Below are positions 18,477 through 28,469 of a DNA stretch of 64,000 nt, one piece after another (positions within the stretch are counted from its first letter, which is position 1; every line of letters begins with the position of its first letter). Both the position numbers and the translations under genes were made by a program. The stretch lies in IMG/VR virus record IMGVR_UViG_3300011113_000415; one strand, given 5' to 3'. A model generated the notes under the pieces. It was given only the letters and a program-made list of their open reading frames with translations, made no database searches and had not been told where the DNA came from. This stretch comes from a virus. Taxonomy: Duplodnaviria; Caudoviricetes.

Positions 18477-18724
18477 TATTTTGCCCCCTTGAGCATGCGC
18501 CACTCCTTACAGATTAAAGTTCTGTTATTGATATCTCCGATCCAGGCTGTTCTAACACATTCAGCCGCGCCTGCAGACAGTTGTACTTGTTTGGGTTTGA
18601 ATTCTTTTGCCACACTTGACTGATTGCCACCGTACAAGGGACTAGATGACACAATCGCAGAACCACATAGTATTAACAATAATACTAGGATTACAGTTCT
18701 GTAGATAGCCCCATATTTTTTCAT
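18476..18724 (-). CDS. Small secreted or membrane hypothetical protein
   Basis: N-terminal hydrophobic segment; two distal Cys. Confidence 0.6.
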   Translation of the reverse strand: MKKYGAIYRTVILVLLLILCGSAIVSSSPLYGGNQSSVAKEFKPKQVQLSAGAAECVRTAWIGDINNRTLICKEWRMLKGAK

Positions 18725-18812
18725 TGTACTCTGTGCCCTTGTTGATCAGGACTTAAAGTATTTAAACCAATGTTTGTTCTAGATTAAACAGCGGTTAATT
18801 ATTTTGACCAAT

Positions 18813-18832
18813 AAAAAAGCCCCTTGCGGGGC
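18813..18832 (-). terminator. Intrinsic terminator
   Basis: Minus strand GCCCC-GCAA-GGGGC-TTTTTT. Confidence 0.85.
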
Positions 18833-18836
18833 GGTG

Positions 18837-19157
18837 TTAGTTGGCAGGAGTTTTTTTGACTCTGGGCTTTTTAAGCACAACTGGTTTTTCAACAGGTGCT
18901 TTTCTAGCACGAGGCTTTTTGGGTTTGGCAGGATTGTCTGCATGATTGGCCCATTCTTCAGGGGTCAGCGAGTGAAGGCCAACACAGAATCCTGTTTGGC
19001 TACGCCCACAACCGCATTTGGTCTGGGTACTTGCTTGAGCAGCCACATCTGGTCTGGGGAATGGCCAATTGGTTGTGGACGCCTCAACTTTGTATGGTGC
19101 TTGGGGTGCGGCCTCTTTTGGTCGGCCAAAAAAGAATTCTTTGAACTTGTTAAACAT
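18837..19157 (-). CDS. CDGSH-like iron-sulfur finger protein
   Basis: CGCGRSQTGFCVGLH resembles C-x-C-x2-S-x3-P-x-C-D-G-S-H; AAGGAG SD; TATAAATA upstream. Confidence 0.6.
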   Translation of the reverse strand: MFNKFKEFFFGRPKEAAPQAPYKVEASTTNWPFPRPDVAAQASTQTKCGCGRSQTGFCVGLHSLTPEEWANHADNPAKPKKPRARKAPVEKPVVLKKPRVKKTPAN

Positions 19158-19246
19158 TGTGTTCTCCTTGAAGTATTTATATTCTAGTGATCGCTCACTA
19201 GTAAAAACCATTGATTTGCACTTGCAATATCATATATAATAGTACA

Positions 19247-19294
19247 TAGGACGCTGGATAGGCCGGGTCCTACAGTAAACTCGCTTTATAGGAG
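19247..19294 (+). promoter_or_regulatory. ROSE-like leader of phasin-like gene
   Basis: TAGGAC-G-CTGG/CCGG-GTCCTA hairpin, then CTCGCT-TTAT-AGGAG. Confidence 0.55.
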
Positions 19295-19300
19295 AACATT

Positions 19301-19576
19301 ATGTTTACAGCAGACGCAATTATCGACACAGTTCAAACTGGTAAAAAAACCATTGTTAACACATTCGTCACAAACGAATCAGTTAAAGAAGCAATGATCA
19401 AGTTCATTGACACACAAGCAGACTATACCAAAAAAGCCACCAAGGTTGGTATGGATACCATGACCACAATTTCAAGCGAATTGGTCAAGCAGATGGAAGC
19501 CGCGGCAAAATTTGATTATGCCAAAGCCGGCCAGGAGTTTTTAAAGCCATTCCAGCCAGCAACTTCTAAAAAGTAA
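19301..19576 (+). CDS. Phasin-like helical protein
   Basis: 91 aa, Ala/Thr/Lys-rich amphipathic helices; family assignment tentative. Confidence 0.45.
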   Translation: MFTADAIIDTVQTGKKTIVNTFVTNESVKEAMIKFIDTQADYTKKATKVGMDTMTTISSELVKQMEAAAKFDYAKAGQEFLKPFQPATSKK

Positions 19577-19653
19577 TACCTTAGTATTACCATTTGCAAG
19601 CCCTGTTCAATGCAGGGCTTTCTCTTGACCAATAAAGGTCATTCTGCTATACT
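19573..19653 (+). promoter_or_regulatory. Palindrome, terminator and sigma70-like promoter cassette
   Basis: GTAATAC-CTTA-GTATTAC; AAGCCCTG/CAGGGCTT hairpin; TTGACC-17-TATACT. Confidence 0.75.
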
Positions 19654-19659
19654 TGCCAC

Positions 19660-19896
19660 ATGAGATACTTAATACCGTTGATGGTTGTGATAGCAGGCTG
19701 TGCCAATGTTCGCCCACCTGTGGACGTCACGCTCATACCCAATGACTGTGCCAACCAAACTGCTATTGTCAACTGGTTGGAAGAACAAAGTAAAATCTCT
19801 CCTTCAACGTTTTCAGACAAGGATCAATATGCGAGACACCGTGCCTCGATTCGCCAGCGTGTATGGAATATGCGTTATACTTGCAATCCTGTGTAA
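19660..19896 (+). CDS. Small lipoprotein
   Basis: VIAGC lipobox; ATG 6 nt after -10. Confidence 0.7.
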   Translation: MRYLIPLMVVIAGCANVRPPVDVTLIPNDCANQTAIVNWLEEQSKISPSTFSDKDQYARHRASIRQRVWNMRYTCNPV

Positions 19897-20170
19897 TGCA
19901 GGTTGCTCAACTGTACAGCAAACCCCAATGGGATTCCAGGACCTTGACCACTTTAAGATCAATTGCAAGAAAAAAGGTGAACAAATCGCATTCTTACAAA
20001 GTATGCGACCCACTCGAGATGAAAAATTACTTGCAGGGTTCAGTGCTATGTTCCAACCCTGGACCTACATCACAAATCCTTATGAGCATGACAGCAACCG
20101 GGCAGTATCAACAGGAAGATCAGAATGGGTAATAAATCAATTGTTAATGGAACTTCGCGACAACTGCTGA
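19829..20170 (+). CDS. Lipoprotein
   Basis: NAGC lipobox; AAGGA SD before 19829. Confidence 0.6.
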   Translation: MRDTVPRFASVYGICVILAILCNAGCSTVQQTPMGFQDLDHFKINCKKKGEQIAFLQSMRPTRDEKLLAGFSAMFQPWTYITNPYEHDSNRAVSTGRSEWVINQLLMELRDNC

Positions 20171-20718
20171 TTGTGAGTTTGTTGGCACCTGTCATGGCCT
20201 TGGCCCAACAGTGTGTGATGCAGACCAAAACAGTTATTCAGAGCCAAGTTCAAATCGAAGAACGTAGTCAAATTACCGCACAGATAGTACCAGTTCCTGG
20301 CGGCGACCAACGATGCATGATCACCATGCGCGGTCGTGTAGGGGCCACGTGGTATACTGGTTTTGGCGATTTTGTTTTTACCAGAACAGGTGTTCCCGAA
20401 CAGGCCTGTGCTTATGCTCGCTCGCGGGCCGAGGCCAGCATTGTGTCACAAGCAGGACCCAAGCAGGTAGCAACAGATAATACTTTGGTTTGCCGGGAAG
20501 ACCCCACACTAGATACAATACGTAAAACGGATCCAGGTACGGTGGCCAAATTGGCACAGTACCGCCCACATCCGGATTACCCGCGAGAATTCCACTACAA
20601 CGGATCACGGTGCCGTTGGTTTTTGGATCCTGCTTGGACCGGACGTGATCTGCGTACAGGACAGGGCATAATTTGTAACCTACAAGAAAACAATTGGGTT
20701 GTGGTTGACAAATTTTAA
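20125..20718 (+). CDS. Secreted Cys-containing hypothetical protein
   Basis: Signal-like segment ending ALA-QQC; six Cys. Confidence 0.7.
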   Translation: MGNKSIVNGTSRQLLIVSLLAPVMALAQQCVMQTKTVIQSQVQIEERSQITAQIVPVPGGDQRCMITMRGRVGATWYTGFGDFVFTRTGVPEQACAYARSRAEASIVSQAGPKQVATDNTLVCREDPTLDTIRKTDPGTVAKLAQYRPHPDYPREFHYNGSRCRWFLDPAWTGRDLRTGQGIICNLQENNWVVVDKF

Positions 20719-20764
20719 CAGATCGGTTATACTACAAACATCGTTAATCACCAAAGAGGTAGAT

Positions 20765-21514
20765 ATGAAACTTTCAGTAATAGCACTAGCACTTGTTGCC
20801 AGTATCGGAGCCGCCCGGGCTCAAACACAACCGCATCCTTATGCGATGAATCAAGCACCTGTGGTGGCACCACCTGCCGCACCTACCTGGTTCACAAGAC
20901 TGCCTGAGGACACTCCGGACATGATCTTTTCAGCCGCAGTAGGTTCCAGTGTGGACGAACAGATGGCCTATGACAAGGCTCGTATGCAAGCCGAACGCAA
21001 ACTGGTTGAACTCATGAGTTCTAGAGTTCGCAGTAATGTTAAAAGTTACCGCAATGACCGTGGCGACTCCATGCAAGAAAGCACAGAGATCACTATCAAC
21101 AAAACAGCCGATGGCGAGTTGATTGGGGCACAACGTGTGGACAGTCAAGCCACGTTTGACGGTCGTGTGTATCGCGTTTATGTGTTGCTACGCTACCCGC
21201 TGGCACAGAACAACACCTTGCGTAAAGAACGTGAGGGTGCTCAAAGCAAACGTGAAGCAGACTTAAGAGCCGCACGGGCACAACAAGATCTTGAGCGTGA
21301 AACTCAACGTCAGCGTACAGACTCAGAAGCCGCAGATCGTAGACTCCGAGAGGAAATTGGACCACGCTCTGATGCTCCGACATCTGCTACTACAGTAAAC
21401 ACCACTGAAGGGCCGGTAAAGTTGCTGGATGTGGACAATGCTGAGTACAAGCAAAAACGTGCTGACGCACTAGCCAAACCTGGCGCAGTGATTGGACAAA
21501 CAGTCGTCCGATAA
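20765..21514 (+). CDS. Secreted LPP20-like protein
   Basis: Signal peptide; PTWF...AVGSS...AYDKARMQA...VYRVYVLL pattern; sigma70-like promoter upstream. Confidence 0.6.
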   Translation: MKLSVIALALVASIGAARAQTQPHPYAMNQAPVVAPPAAPTWFTRLPEDTPDMIFSAAVGSSVDEQMAYDKARMQAERKLVELMSSRVRSNVKSYRNDRGDSMQESTEITINKTADGELIGAQRVDSQATFDGRVYRVYVLLRYPLAQNNTLRKEREGAQSKREADLRAARAQQDLERETQRQRTDSEAADRRLREEIGPRSDAPTSATTVNTTEGPVKLLDVDNAEYKQKRADALAKPGAVIGQTVVR

Positions 21515-21520
21515 ACGGCG

Positions 21521-21555
21521 TATAAATAGAAGCGGTGCCAACAACACCGCTTTTT
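21521..21555 (+). terminator. Late promoter abutting a terminator-like hairpin
   Basis: TATAAATA, then AAGCGGTG/CACCGCTT plus T-run. Confidence 0.65.
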
Positions 21556-21563
21556 CTCTTTTG

Positions 21564-22148
21564 ATGAACATGCCCACACAAGAAATCATCACTACTGATA
21601 AAAACCACACTGACTCCCTGGCCGACTCTGGCATGTATGTTTTCATGGGTGACGTGGATGACGAAAACATCCGACCTGTTATCGAGTGGATGTTGTATGA
21701 AAACTATGTGACTAAGAAAAAGAAAAAAGAACTGCTACTAATGATCTGCTCCAGTGGAGGAGACATGGGTGCGGCCTTTGCACTTATTGACGTCATGATG
21801 AGTAGCCAGATCCCTGTGAAAACTGTGGGGCTGGGTACTATTGCGTCAGCAGGCCTACTAATCTTCATAAGTGGCACTCCGGGCCGTAGAGTACTCACGC
21901 CCAATACATCAATCCTAAGCCATCAGTTCTCCTGGTACAACGAAGGTAAGGTGCATGAGTTGTTTGCCACAATGAAAGAGTTTGAACTTACACAGGCTCG
22001 TATGTTGGCACACTATGAATTGTGTACCGGGCTGGGTAGAGAAGAGATACGCAACAATCTACTACCAGCACAGGATGTTTGGTTATCAGCATCAGAGGCA
22101 CTGGCCCTGGGCGTGTGCGATGATATCAGCGTTTTGAATAGAACTTAG
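21564..22148 (+). CDS. clpP: ClpP-like protease (divergent paralogue)
   Basis: ICSSGG, IASAG (Ser), SHQFS (His), QDVWLSASEA. Confidence 0.85.
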   Translation: MNMPTQEIITTDKNHTDSLADSGMYVFMGDVDDENIRPVIEWMLYENYVTKKKKKELLLMICSSGGDMGAAFALIDVMMSSQIPVKTVGLGTIASAGLLIFISGTPGRRVLTPNTSILSHQFSWYNEGKVHELFATMKEFELTQARMLAHYELCTGLGREEIRNNLLPAQDVWLSASEALALGVCDDISVLNRT

Positions 22149-22321
22149 CCGCCACGTGCGCTTCGTCGGGTGACATTGGCACCACCAAAGCCTTTAGTGT
22201 TTGCTTTGGGACCTTGCTTTTTAGGTGCCCGACCCAGACCAGGATGCAATTCCTGGTTTTTCTTTTTGGCATCCATGGCCATGTTGATAAATGGATTGGA
22301 ACTTTTCTTTGGTTCTGTCAT
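22145..22321 (-). CDS. Small basic protein (58 aa)
   Basis: Manual translation MTEPKKSSNPF...RRSARGG; AAGGAG SD. Confidence 0.65.
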   Translation of the reverse strand: MTEPKKSSNPFINMAMDAKKKNQELHPGLGRAPKKQGPKANTKGFGGANVTRRSARGG

Positions 22322-22330
22322 GTCTACTCC

Positions 22331-23953
22331 TTAGCGTTTTCTTATACCACGACCCAGCACATCCTTGGTCTTCCTGGGTTCTTGTGCCTGTCTAGCGGCC
22401 TTGGCACCTGGGCCAGTCAAACGTTTTTTGTCAGTTTGTGCATCTAATTTGTCGGTGCCGACTCCAGGTCCCATGTAGTCCACAAGTTCTCCGGCTTGAC
22501 TAGGGCCAGGTGCATCTGTTGTAGCCGCCTTCTCAACGTTGTCTATCGCTCGAGGTTCTTTATTGATGTTGAATACCAGTTTACCGCTGGAACTTGAAGT
22601 TGAACTGTAACTCTTTTGTGCTTCCAGCGTGACTTGCGTAAACAACTTGCTGGGCCATATGGTTCTAAAGCCGTCAATCACAAACTCACCGTCTTTGGCT
22701 TTGCTGGCATCAGTGTACATTTGCACAAAGGCCGAGTGATTGAGAATGTCAGCGGCTGCTTCGGAGAAGTTGGTCTTCAAGTTGATTTCGTTGCAGACTT
22801 TGTAGGCAATCGAACTTACCAAGTGATTGAGTGGAACCACCTTTTTAGGATCTTCAGCGGTGCGATCGTGGTACAGTTGTTTGAGATTGTCTGACAACTT
22901 GGTTTTGTTGATATCAAACTTCGCATCACCTGCTGCCTGCTTGAGACTCATCACCTGTGGTATCTCGTCAGCAGTGATAATCCCCAACTGCACGGCCAAA
23001 TCCAGCGGGCCTGAATTGTGATCGCCCCGGTCAATGGTCTTGAGAATCTCAACCACCTCAGGATAATTCTGTGCAAACTCAGGCATGCCGGCGGCTTCAA
23101 GTTCACGCAAGGCAACCAACAAATTCACACTGCTGGCCATGGCACCTTTTGCGCCCTTGCTCGAAAGTTTGATTTGCTTGCCTTCAGGACTGACCAACAA
23201 GGAATCGTATAGGCCACCACTTACATTGGTGTTGAAACTAACAGTGCAACCTGCAAATCCGTTTCGTCCCATGAACAAAGCAGCCGCTTCGCCTGCATTG
23301 CCTTGAACTTTGCCACCATTGATCAGCACACAGGGCTGTAGCATTTCGCAGAAGTAATCGCGGAAACCTTTGAAGTCCATACCTGTACCATCTACTGCTA
23401 CAGGAAATGTAGGTGAGTTCATTATGGTTTTGGCTGCTCTGTATTCAGCACTGTCTGTAGTAAACTTGGCACCAATCTGTGCCAGGATACTTGCAGGTGT
23501 TTGTTTTTTGAGATCGCTCAATACATCACTGGGCTTGTAACCGGCTTTTTCCTTGCTACCTCGAGCATCTGCTTGGCTGAACCCTCCGGGTATGTCTTTG
23601 GTTTGAAAAAATTTGTTAGCATCAAACACAGGTTTGATTTCAGAAGTAAATTTGGCCAGGTATCTTGTGCCCACAGCAGTGTCAAATGCGGCAATACCAA
23701 ATGCTCGTGTGGCGGCAGTGGGTTGATTGACCTTTTCAATTGGGTGGTCAAGTGATTGCTCTGCGGACATCCAAGCATCCATAAAATCGTGAGCATCTTT
23801 ATATTTGCCAACTTTAGGATAAAATGTTAGGGATTTAAACACAATTTTGTCATCGTCGGTGTCTCCTCGAGAGTACACAGCACCGGGTTTTCTACCGCTG
23901 AGTCCACGGCTTTCTGCAATTGAGTCTAGTAAGTTGATTAAATCTCTCATCAT
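22331..23953 (-). CDS. Putative virion (internal head) protein
   Basis: 540 aa; TAAGTA directly upstream; N-terminus MMRDLINLLDSIAE. Confidence 0.55.
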   Translation of the reverse strand: MMRDLINLLDSIAESRGLSGRKPGAVYSRGDTDDDKIVFKSLTFYPKVGKYKDAHDFMDAWMSAEQSLDHPIEKVNQPTAATRAFGIAAFDTAVGTRYLAKFTSEIKPVFDANKFFQTKDIPGGFSQADARGSKEKAGYKPSDVLSDLKKQTPASILAQIGAKFTTDSAEYRAAKTIMNSPTFPVAVDGTGMDFKGFRDYFCEMLQPCVLINGGKVQGNAGEAAALFMGRNGFAGCTVSFNTNVSGGLYDSLLVSPEGKQIKLSSKGAKGAMASSVNLLVALRELEAAGMPEFAQNYPEVVEILKTIDRGDHNSGPLDLAVQLGIITADEIPQVMSLKQAAGDAKFDINKTKLSDNLKQLYHDRTAEDPKKVVPLNHLVSSIAYKVCNEINLKTNFSEAAADILNHSAFVQMYTDASKAKDGEFVIDGFRTIWPSKLFTQVTLEAQKSYSSTSSSSGKLVFNINKEPRAIDNVEKAATTDAPGPSQAGELVDYMGPGVGTDKLDAQTDKKRLTGPGAKAARQAQEPRKTKDVLGRGIRKR

Positions 23954-23983
23954 GTACTTATCTTCACACTAAGTAAACTCACA

Positions 23984-25015
23984 ATGAATGTCACAATACC
24001 CATAGAAGTCAGCGGAGATATATGGTACAACGAGCAGGCAGTACGACAACAGTTACAAGAGTTAGACGGTTCCACCACGATAACACTAGATCTACGCAGT
24101 GAAGGACCCAGCCTGCATCGCCTGGGTATAGTGGCTGTGATAGATGCTTGGCTAACCCAACACAGTTTGCCTGCGGACACTGTCACAGTCACACGGTGGA
24201 GTAATGCTGTAGAAACAGTTGATTATAAAAAATACCAGTGTAGTGTACCCAGCCACTTTTGGTACTTTGCCCAACAATATCAACGGCCACCGGCACACAA
24301 TTTTGATGGCCCAAGGTCTCAATTGTTTGGCATGTTCTTGGGGCGGGCCACAATACATCGCAATGTAATTCTATACGAAGTATCACAAAGATGGCTAGAT
24401 AGATTTTTAATCAGTCGATTGCCAGCATTCACGCCCGAAGGAACACCTGTGCCAGAACCCTGGCACATAAAAAACATCATGGAATGGCGTCTTCCAGAAA
24501 AACTAGAGGATTGGACATCGACTCCGCAATCTATTGTTGATTGGTTTGATTGTCAAACATTTGCCAGTTTGGATTCTAGAACAGTTAGAGATCAGTATGG
24601 GGACCCGTACAATCATTTTGTACACAACAGCAGTATATTAGAACACTATGATAAGTTTTCAATAGAACTTGTGTGCGAAAGTTACACGCTTGGCCAAACC
24701 TTTTTCCCCACCGAAAAAACTGCCAGACCCATAGCAGGAACTCGACCCTGGTTGATATATGCGGCATCGGGCTATATTCAAAATTTACGTCGCATGGGTT
24801 TTCGCAGTTTTGATTCATTATGGGATGAATCATACGATCAACTGGAAGGACCTGGTAGATGGCGGGCCATGAAAAAAGTAATACAAAATTTGATTGATTT
24901 AGATGCTAGTACATTATATGATGTATTGGTACAAGCACATAAAATTGCCATACATAATCACATGCATCTTGACAATATCAATCCTAACATGAAGATTCAA
25001 TTTCAATTTCAATGA
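23984..25015 (+). CDS. Putative glycosyltransferase-like protein
   Basis: CESY...FFPTEKTARPI...GFRSFDSLWDESYD. Confidence 0.6.
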   Translation: MNVTIPIEVSGDIWYNEQAVRQQLQELDGSTTITLDLRSEGPSLHRLGIVAVIDAWLTQHSLPADTVTVTRWSNAVETVDYKKYQCSVPSHFWYFAQQYQRPPAHNFDGPRSQLFGMFLGRATIHRNVILYEVSQRWLDRFLISRLPAFTPEGTPVPEPWHIKNIMEWRLPEKLEDWTSTPQSIVDWFDCQTFASLDSRTVRDQYGDPYNHFVHNSSILEHYDKFSIELVCESYTLGQTFFPTEKTARPIAGTRPWLIYAASGYIQNLRRMGFRSFDSLWDESYDQLEGPGRWRAMKKVIQNLIDLDASTLYDVLVQAHKIAIHNHMHLDNINPNMKIQFQFQ

Positions 25016-26001
25016 TAACAAAAACATTTGATCAAGGTTGGGGCCAACAATGGCCACTCAAACAATTTGAACAAAGTGTGGTGCAAGATGCGATAAAATA
25101 TTTTGCGGCCAGCAACCAACGTGTGGTCATTATCAACAGCGTATGGTATTCACAGCAGGTGCATGAACAAGTCATGGCATGGTTACGCAACAACGATTGG
25201 GATCAAATTGTGCTGGTGGCCATGTTAGATGCTGCCATACCCCGTGCTGATCAATATGCAGAATTTGACCGTCCTATAACAGGTATAGGCTATTATCCAG
25301 GCGCAGGAAAGGTTGACTTTTGTGCCATGTTTGTTGATCATTTTTTCCAACCACCAGACCAGGACGTTTTACAAAATGCCAGCACTATCGACACTGCCTA
25401 CATGTGTTTGAATCGCAAACCTCATTGGCATAGAAAACAATTGTATGCAAGATTACAGGCGGCAAATCTACTAGACAAAGGTATTGTGAGCATGGGAGGT
25501 GATGGTAAAGCAGTAAAGGCATTGACACAAGACCGTGACCATGACAATTTGGCTCCCAATGCCACACGAGATCACTATGGCATTCCCAACGACATTGTGA
25601 GTCTGGGTCATCCGGGCAATTGGTCTAGACATTTGGTAAACATAGTTACTGAAACCTTTTATGATATCAATCACACAGGATTTGTGAGTGAAAAAATCTA
25701 CAAACCCATTGTGGGGTGCAGACCGTTTTTGGTCTATGATCCTGATGGCGGTACAAAGTGGTTGCAGGATCGAGGGTTTGAACCTTACACGCAAGACTTC
25801 AGCGACATTTCGGATCTAGATCTAGCCTTGCCGCATAACATACCACGATTTCTCAGTGTGCTGTGTGAACAAACTCCTGCTTATTGGCAGAAGAAATTTG
25901 TTGACTTGCAGGAAAAAATCCAGTACAATAAGGCTCATTTTGCTGATTACGTTGCTCAGCAGAACCACATAGTCAAACAAGGAATACCATGCCCAATTTA
26001 G
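25012..26001 (+). CDS. Putative glycosyltransferase-like protein
   Basis: [15 protein letters not shown]...[14 protein letters not shown]. Confidence 0.6.
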   Translation: MITKTFDQGWGQQWPLKQFEQSVVQDAIKYFAASNQRVVIINSVWYSQQVHEQVMAWLRNNDWDQIVLVAMLDAAIPRADQYAEFDRPITGIGYYPGAGKVDFCAMFVDHFFQPPDQDVLQNASTIDTAYMCLNRKPHWHRKQLYARLQAANLLDKGIVSMGGDGKAVKALTQDRDHDNLAPNATRDHYGIPNDIVSLGHPGNWSRHLVNIVTETFYDINHTGFVSEKIYKPIVGCRPFLVYDPDGGTKWLQDRGFEPYTQDFSDISDLDLALPHNIPRFLSVLCEQTPAYWQKKFVDLQEKIQYNKAHFADYVAQQNHIVKQGIPCPI

Positions 26002-26585
26002 TGCCAATCGTGCTTGAACAAACAGCCAAAGGCGAACGCAGTTACGACATCTACAGTCGCTTGTTAAAAGACCGTGTGATCATGCTGGACACAGAAGTGT
26101 CAGAACACACAGCCAGTCTGTTGGTGGCACAGATGCTGTTTTTGGAAAGTGAAAACCCAGACAAAGACATAGCCTTGTATATCAATTCGCCAGGCGGAAG
26201 TGTAACAGCAGGCATGGCCATCTATGACACTATGCAGTTTATCAAATGTGATGTGCAAACCATTGTGATGGGTCAGGCCTGCTCCATGGGATCATTGTTG
26301 GCACAAGCAGGTGTCGCAGGCAAGCGCATGATCTTGCCCCATGCTAGACACATGATTCACCAACCTTCGGGTGGTGCTTCAGGCCAGGCCACAGACATTC
26401 AAATTCAAGCCCGTGAGATTCAAAAAATGAAACAGTATCTAACTGAAATCTATGTGCAACACAATACGGCCGGTAAAGACTTTGAAGTTTTAAGTGCAGA
26501 CATGGAACGTGATTTTTTCATGAGTGCTCAAGAAGCCGTGGACTATGGACTGGCGGACAGGATTATTGCAAAACGTGACCTCTAA
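25989..26585 (+). CDS. clpP: ATP-dependent Clp protease proteolytic subunit ClpP
   Basis: [42 protein letters not shown]. Confidence 0.97.
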   Translation: MPNLVPIVLEQTAKGERSYDIYSRLLKDRVIMLDTEVSEHTASLLVAQMLFLESENPDKDIALYINSPGGSVTAGMAIYDTMQFIKCDVQTIVMGQACSMGSLLAQAGVAGKRMILPHARHMIHQPSGGASGQATDIQIQAREIQKMKQYLTEIYVQHNTAGKDFEVLSADMERDFFMSAQEAVDYGLADRIIAKRDL

Positions 26586-27846
26586 CTTACAAAAATATTT
26601 TTGCCCAAGTCCTTGGTTTCACATGCGTATCTTTAATGATGGTGGTATGAATTACTGTCGTTGGGCTGTTAAAGATCAAATACAAACAAACATGCGAGAT
26701 GTTGATCCCAAAATTTTTTTCCAGCAACACATGGAGCACATTAGAACCAGTATGTTACAAGGACATGCTGTTTTGGGTTGCAAAAAATGCTATCAAATGG
26801 ATCAACATCACAAGATCAGTGGCAGACAAAAACAGTTATTGAAAATTGGTGTGCGCACGGAGCATTTTGAAAAATCATTGGCCAGCAGTCCTTGGGTCAA
26901 TACATTTCGATCAGAAAAATTTACACAACTACCGCAAGACTGGCAAATTGATTTGGGAAACTTTTGCAATAGTGCTTGTGTATTTTGCAATCCAAGTGCC
27001 AGTTCGAGACTGGCAAGCGAATGGAAGCAAATTGGTTTCATTGATAAATTGCCCAATGCCAATTGGACTGACGATCCAGAACTGGTGGACAGATTTTTGG
27101 TTATGCTTGAGGCAAGTGCTAACATTCAGTATCTACATTTTATTGGTGGGGAAACACTGATTACTCCTGCTTTTCATACCATTTTAAAAGCATTGATAAA
27201 ATCGGGTCTGAATCGTACTGCTACAATTGGATTCACTACAAATTTAATATCTTGGAATCAACAGGTAGTTGATTTACTGAAACAATTTGCAGGTGTAAAT
27301 CTTGGTATGAGCATTGAAACATTTGATAATATTAATGATTATGTGCGTTGGCCAGCCACAATGTCAAAAATTTATGAAATTCTGGAAAAATGGCTATCAA
27401 TTGCCAAGTCCCACAATTGGCTCATGCAGTTTCGTACCACTCCCACTGTATTGACTATACATAATTTGTTGAGCGTCTACAAATATGCTTGGGACAGGTC
27501 AATTGCTATTGAAAGTTGCGATTTTCTAAATGAACCTGCATTCATGCGCCCATCAGTTTTGCCCATGCTGTATCGAGAACCAATCATTAAATCAATGACT
27601 GCATGGATTGATAAACACAACGCCAGTGATCCACTTATTGTTAATACTCGTAATCCTGGTGTAGCACAACAACAAATAGTGCAAGATTTGCAAAGTTATG
27701 TTAACTATTTACAAACCCAACCAGATGAAAGTTGTAGATTACCAGATCTTGTTTCGTATCTAAAACGACTTGAAAGCAATCGTGGCAATAGCATTTTAAG
27801 TTATCTACCGCAATATGAAGAACTTTTCAGAACTGCTGGCTACTGA
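26575..27846 (+). CDS. Radical SAM protein
   Basis: CNSACVFC (CxxxCxxC), GGET; N-terminal Cys cluster; GTG start inferred (ORF open from 26524). Confidence 0.85.
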   Translation: MTSNLQKYFCPSPWFHMRIFNDGGMNYCRWAVKDQIQTNMRDVDPKIFFQQHMEHIRTSMLQGHAVLGCKKCYQMDQHHKISGRQKQLLKIGVRTEHFEKSLASSPWVNTFRSEKFTQLPQDWQIDLGNFCNSACVFCNPSASSRLASEWKQIGFIDKLPNANWTDDPELVDRFLVMLEASANIQYLHFIGGETLITPAFHTILKALIKSGLNRTATIGFTTNLISWNQQVVDLLKQFAGVNLGMSIETFDNINDYVRWPATMSKIYEILEKWLSIAKSHNWLMQFRTTPTVLTIHNLLSVYKYAWDRSIAIESCDFLNEPAFMRPSVLPMLYREPIIKSMTAWIDKHNASDPLIVNTRNPGVAQQQIVQDLQSYVNYLQTQPDESCRLPDLVSYLKRLESNRGNSILSYLPQYEELFRTAGY

Positions 27847-28063
27847 CCTAAAATTAACCATTCAAGTAAATGGCTGTATCAGAGTGTGTGATTTGCATGA
27901 GCCTTTGTGCTTTAACCATGACGACCATGTGTTAATTGATGGCATTGAAGTTTTGCCAAGATACAGTCACCTAGTAATCAATGGTACTTTACGAATATCT
28001 GCGCCATTTTATCAATGGCTTCACCATGCGTCAGATCAAGGTTGGTTGCTGTTGCCACATTAG
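27815..28063 (+). CDS. Hypothetical protein
   Basis: 82 aa ORF overlapping the radical SAM gene end. Confidence 0.6.
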   Translation: MKNFSELLATDLKLTIQVNGCIRVCDLHEPLCFNHDDHVLIDGIEVLPRYSHLVINGTLRISAPFYQWLHHASDQGWLLLPH

Positions 28064-28155
28064 TACATGCCATAACCACGACGTTTGGTCATTTGATAAC
28101 GATACTCGCCTACTGCTTTGAAAAATTTCCAAATTGCGCCAAAAACTTTTTTCAT
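28060..28155 (-). CDS. Small peptide (31 aa)
   Basis: MKKVFGAIWKFFKAVGEYRYQMTKRRGYGMY; ATGA-coupled. Confidence 0.55.
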   Translation of the reverse strand: MKKVFGAIWKFFKAVGEYRYQMTKRRGYGMY

Positions 28156-28316
28156 AGATAAACCCCCTGCTTGTTTTTTTGATGATATTCACGTTCATAA
28201 TATTCCACGTCGGCGGCTGACTTGGGATATCGGCTGGAGATGTAGCGTTCTAAACGGGATTGATAATTCTGTCGGGGAAACATCTCAGCCAACCTTTTTA
28301 ATATTTCTGCTAACAT
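28152..28316 (-). CDS. Small protein (54 aa)
   Basis: MLAEILKRLAEMFP...SAADVEYYERE; AAGGAG SD; TAAATA upstream. Confidence 0.65.
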   Translation of the reverse strand: MLAEILKRLAEMFPRQNYQSRLERYISSRYPKSAADVEYYEREYHQKNKQGVYL

Positions 28317-28405
28317 AATGGTTTCTCCTTCTCAGTATTTACCACGAGATATCAGTGATTGTACAAATTTTTTACAAATTAGTACATGAGTACTAATTTT
28401 ATAGT

Positions 28406-28435
28406 TTGACCAAAAAATACTCAAAGTGTTATAAT
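28406..28435 (+). promoter_or_regulatory. Sigma70-like promoter
   Basis: TTGACC-18-TATAAT. Confidence 0.65.
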
Positions 28436-28469
28436 GTAGATATCGATAGTACACCTAAGGTATTCAACA

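Noticed and set aside
28359-28386. Third Pho-box-like 11 bp repeat (TTGTACA-AATT-TTTTACA)
   Set aside because: Degenerate, AT-rich, orientation ambiguous and lacks the N11-TAAATA geometry; inconclusive
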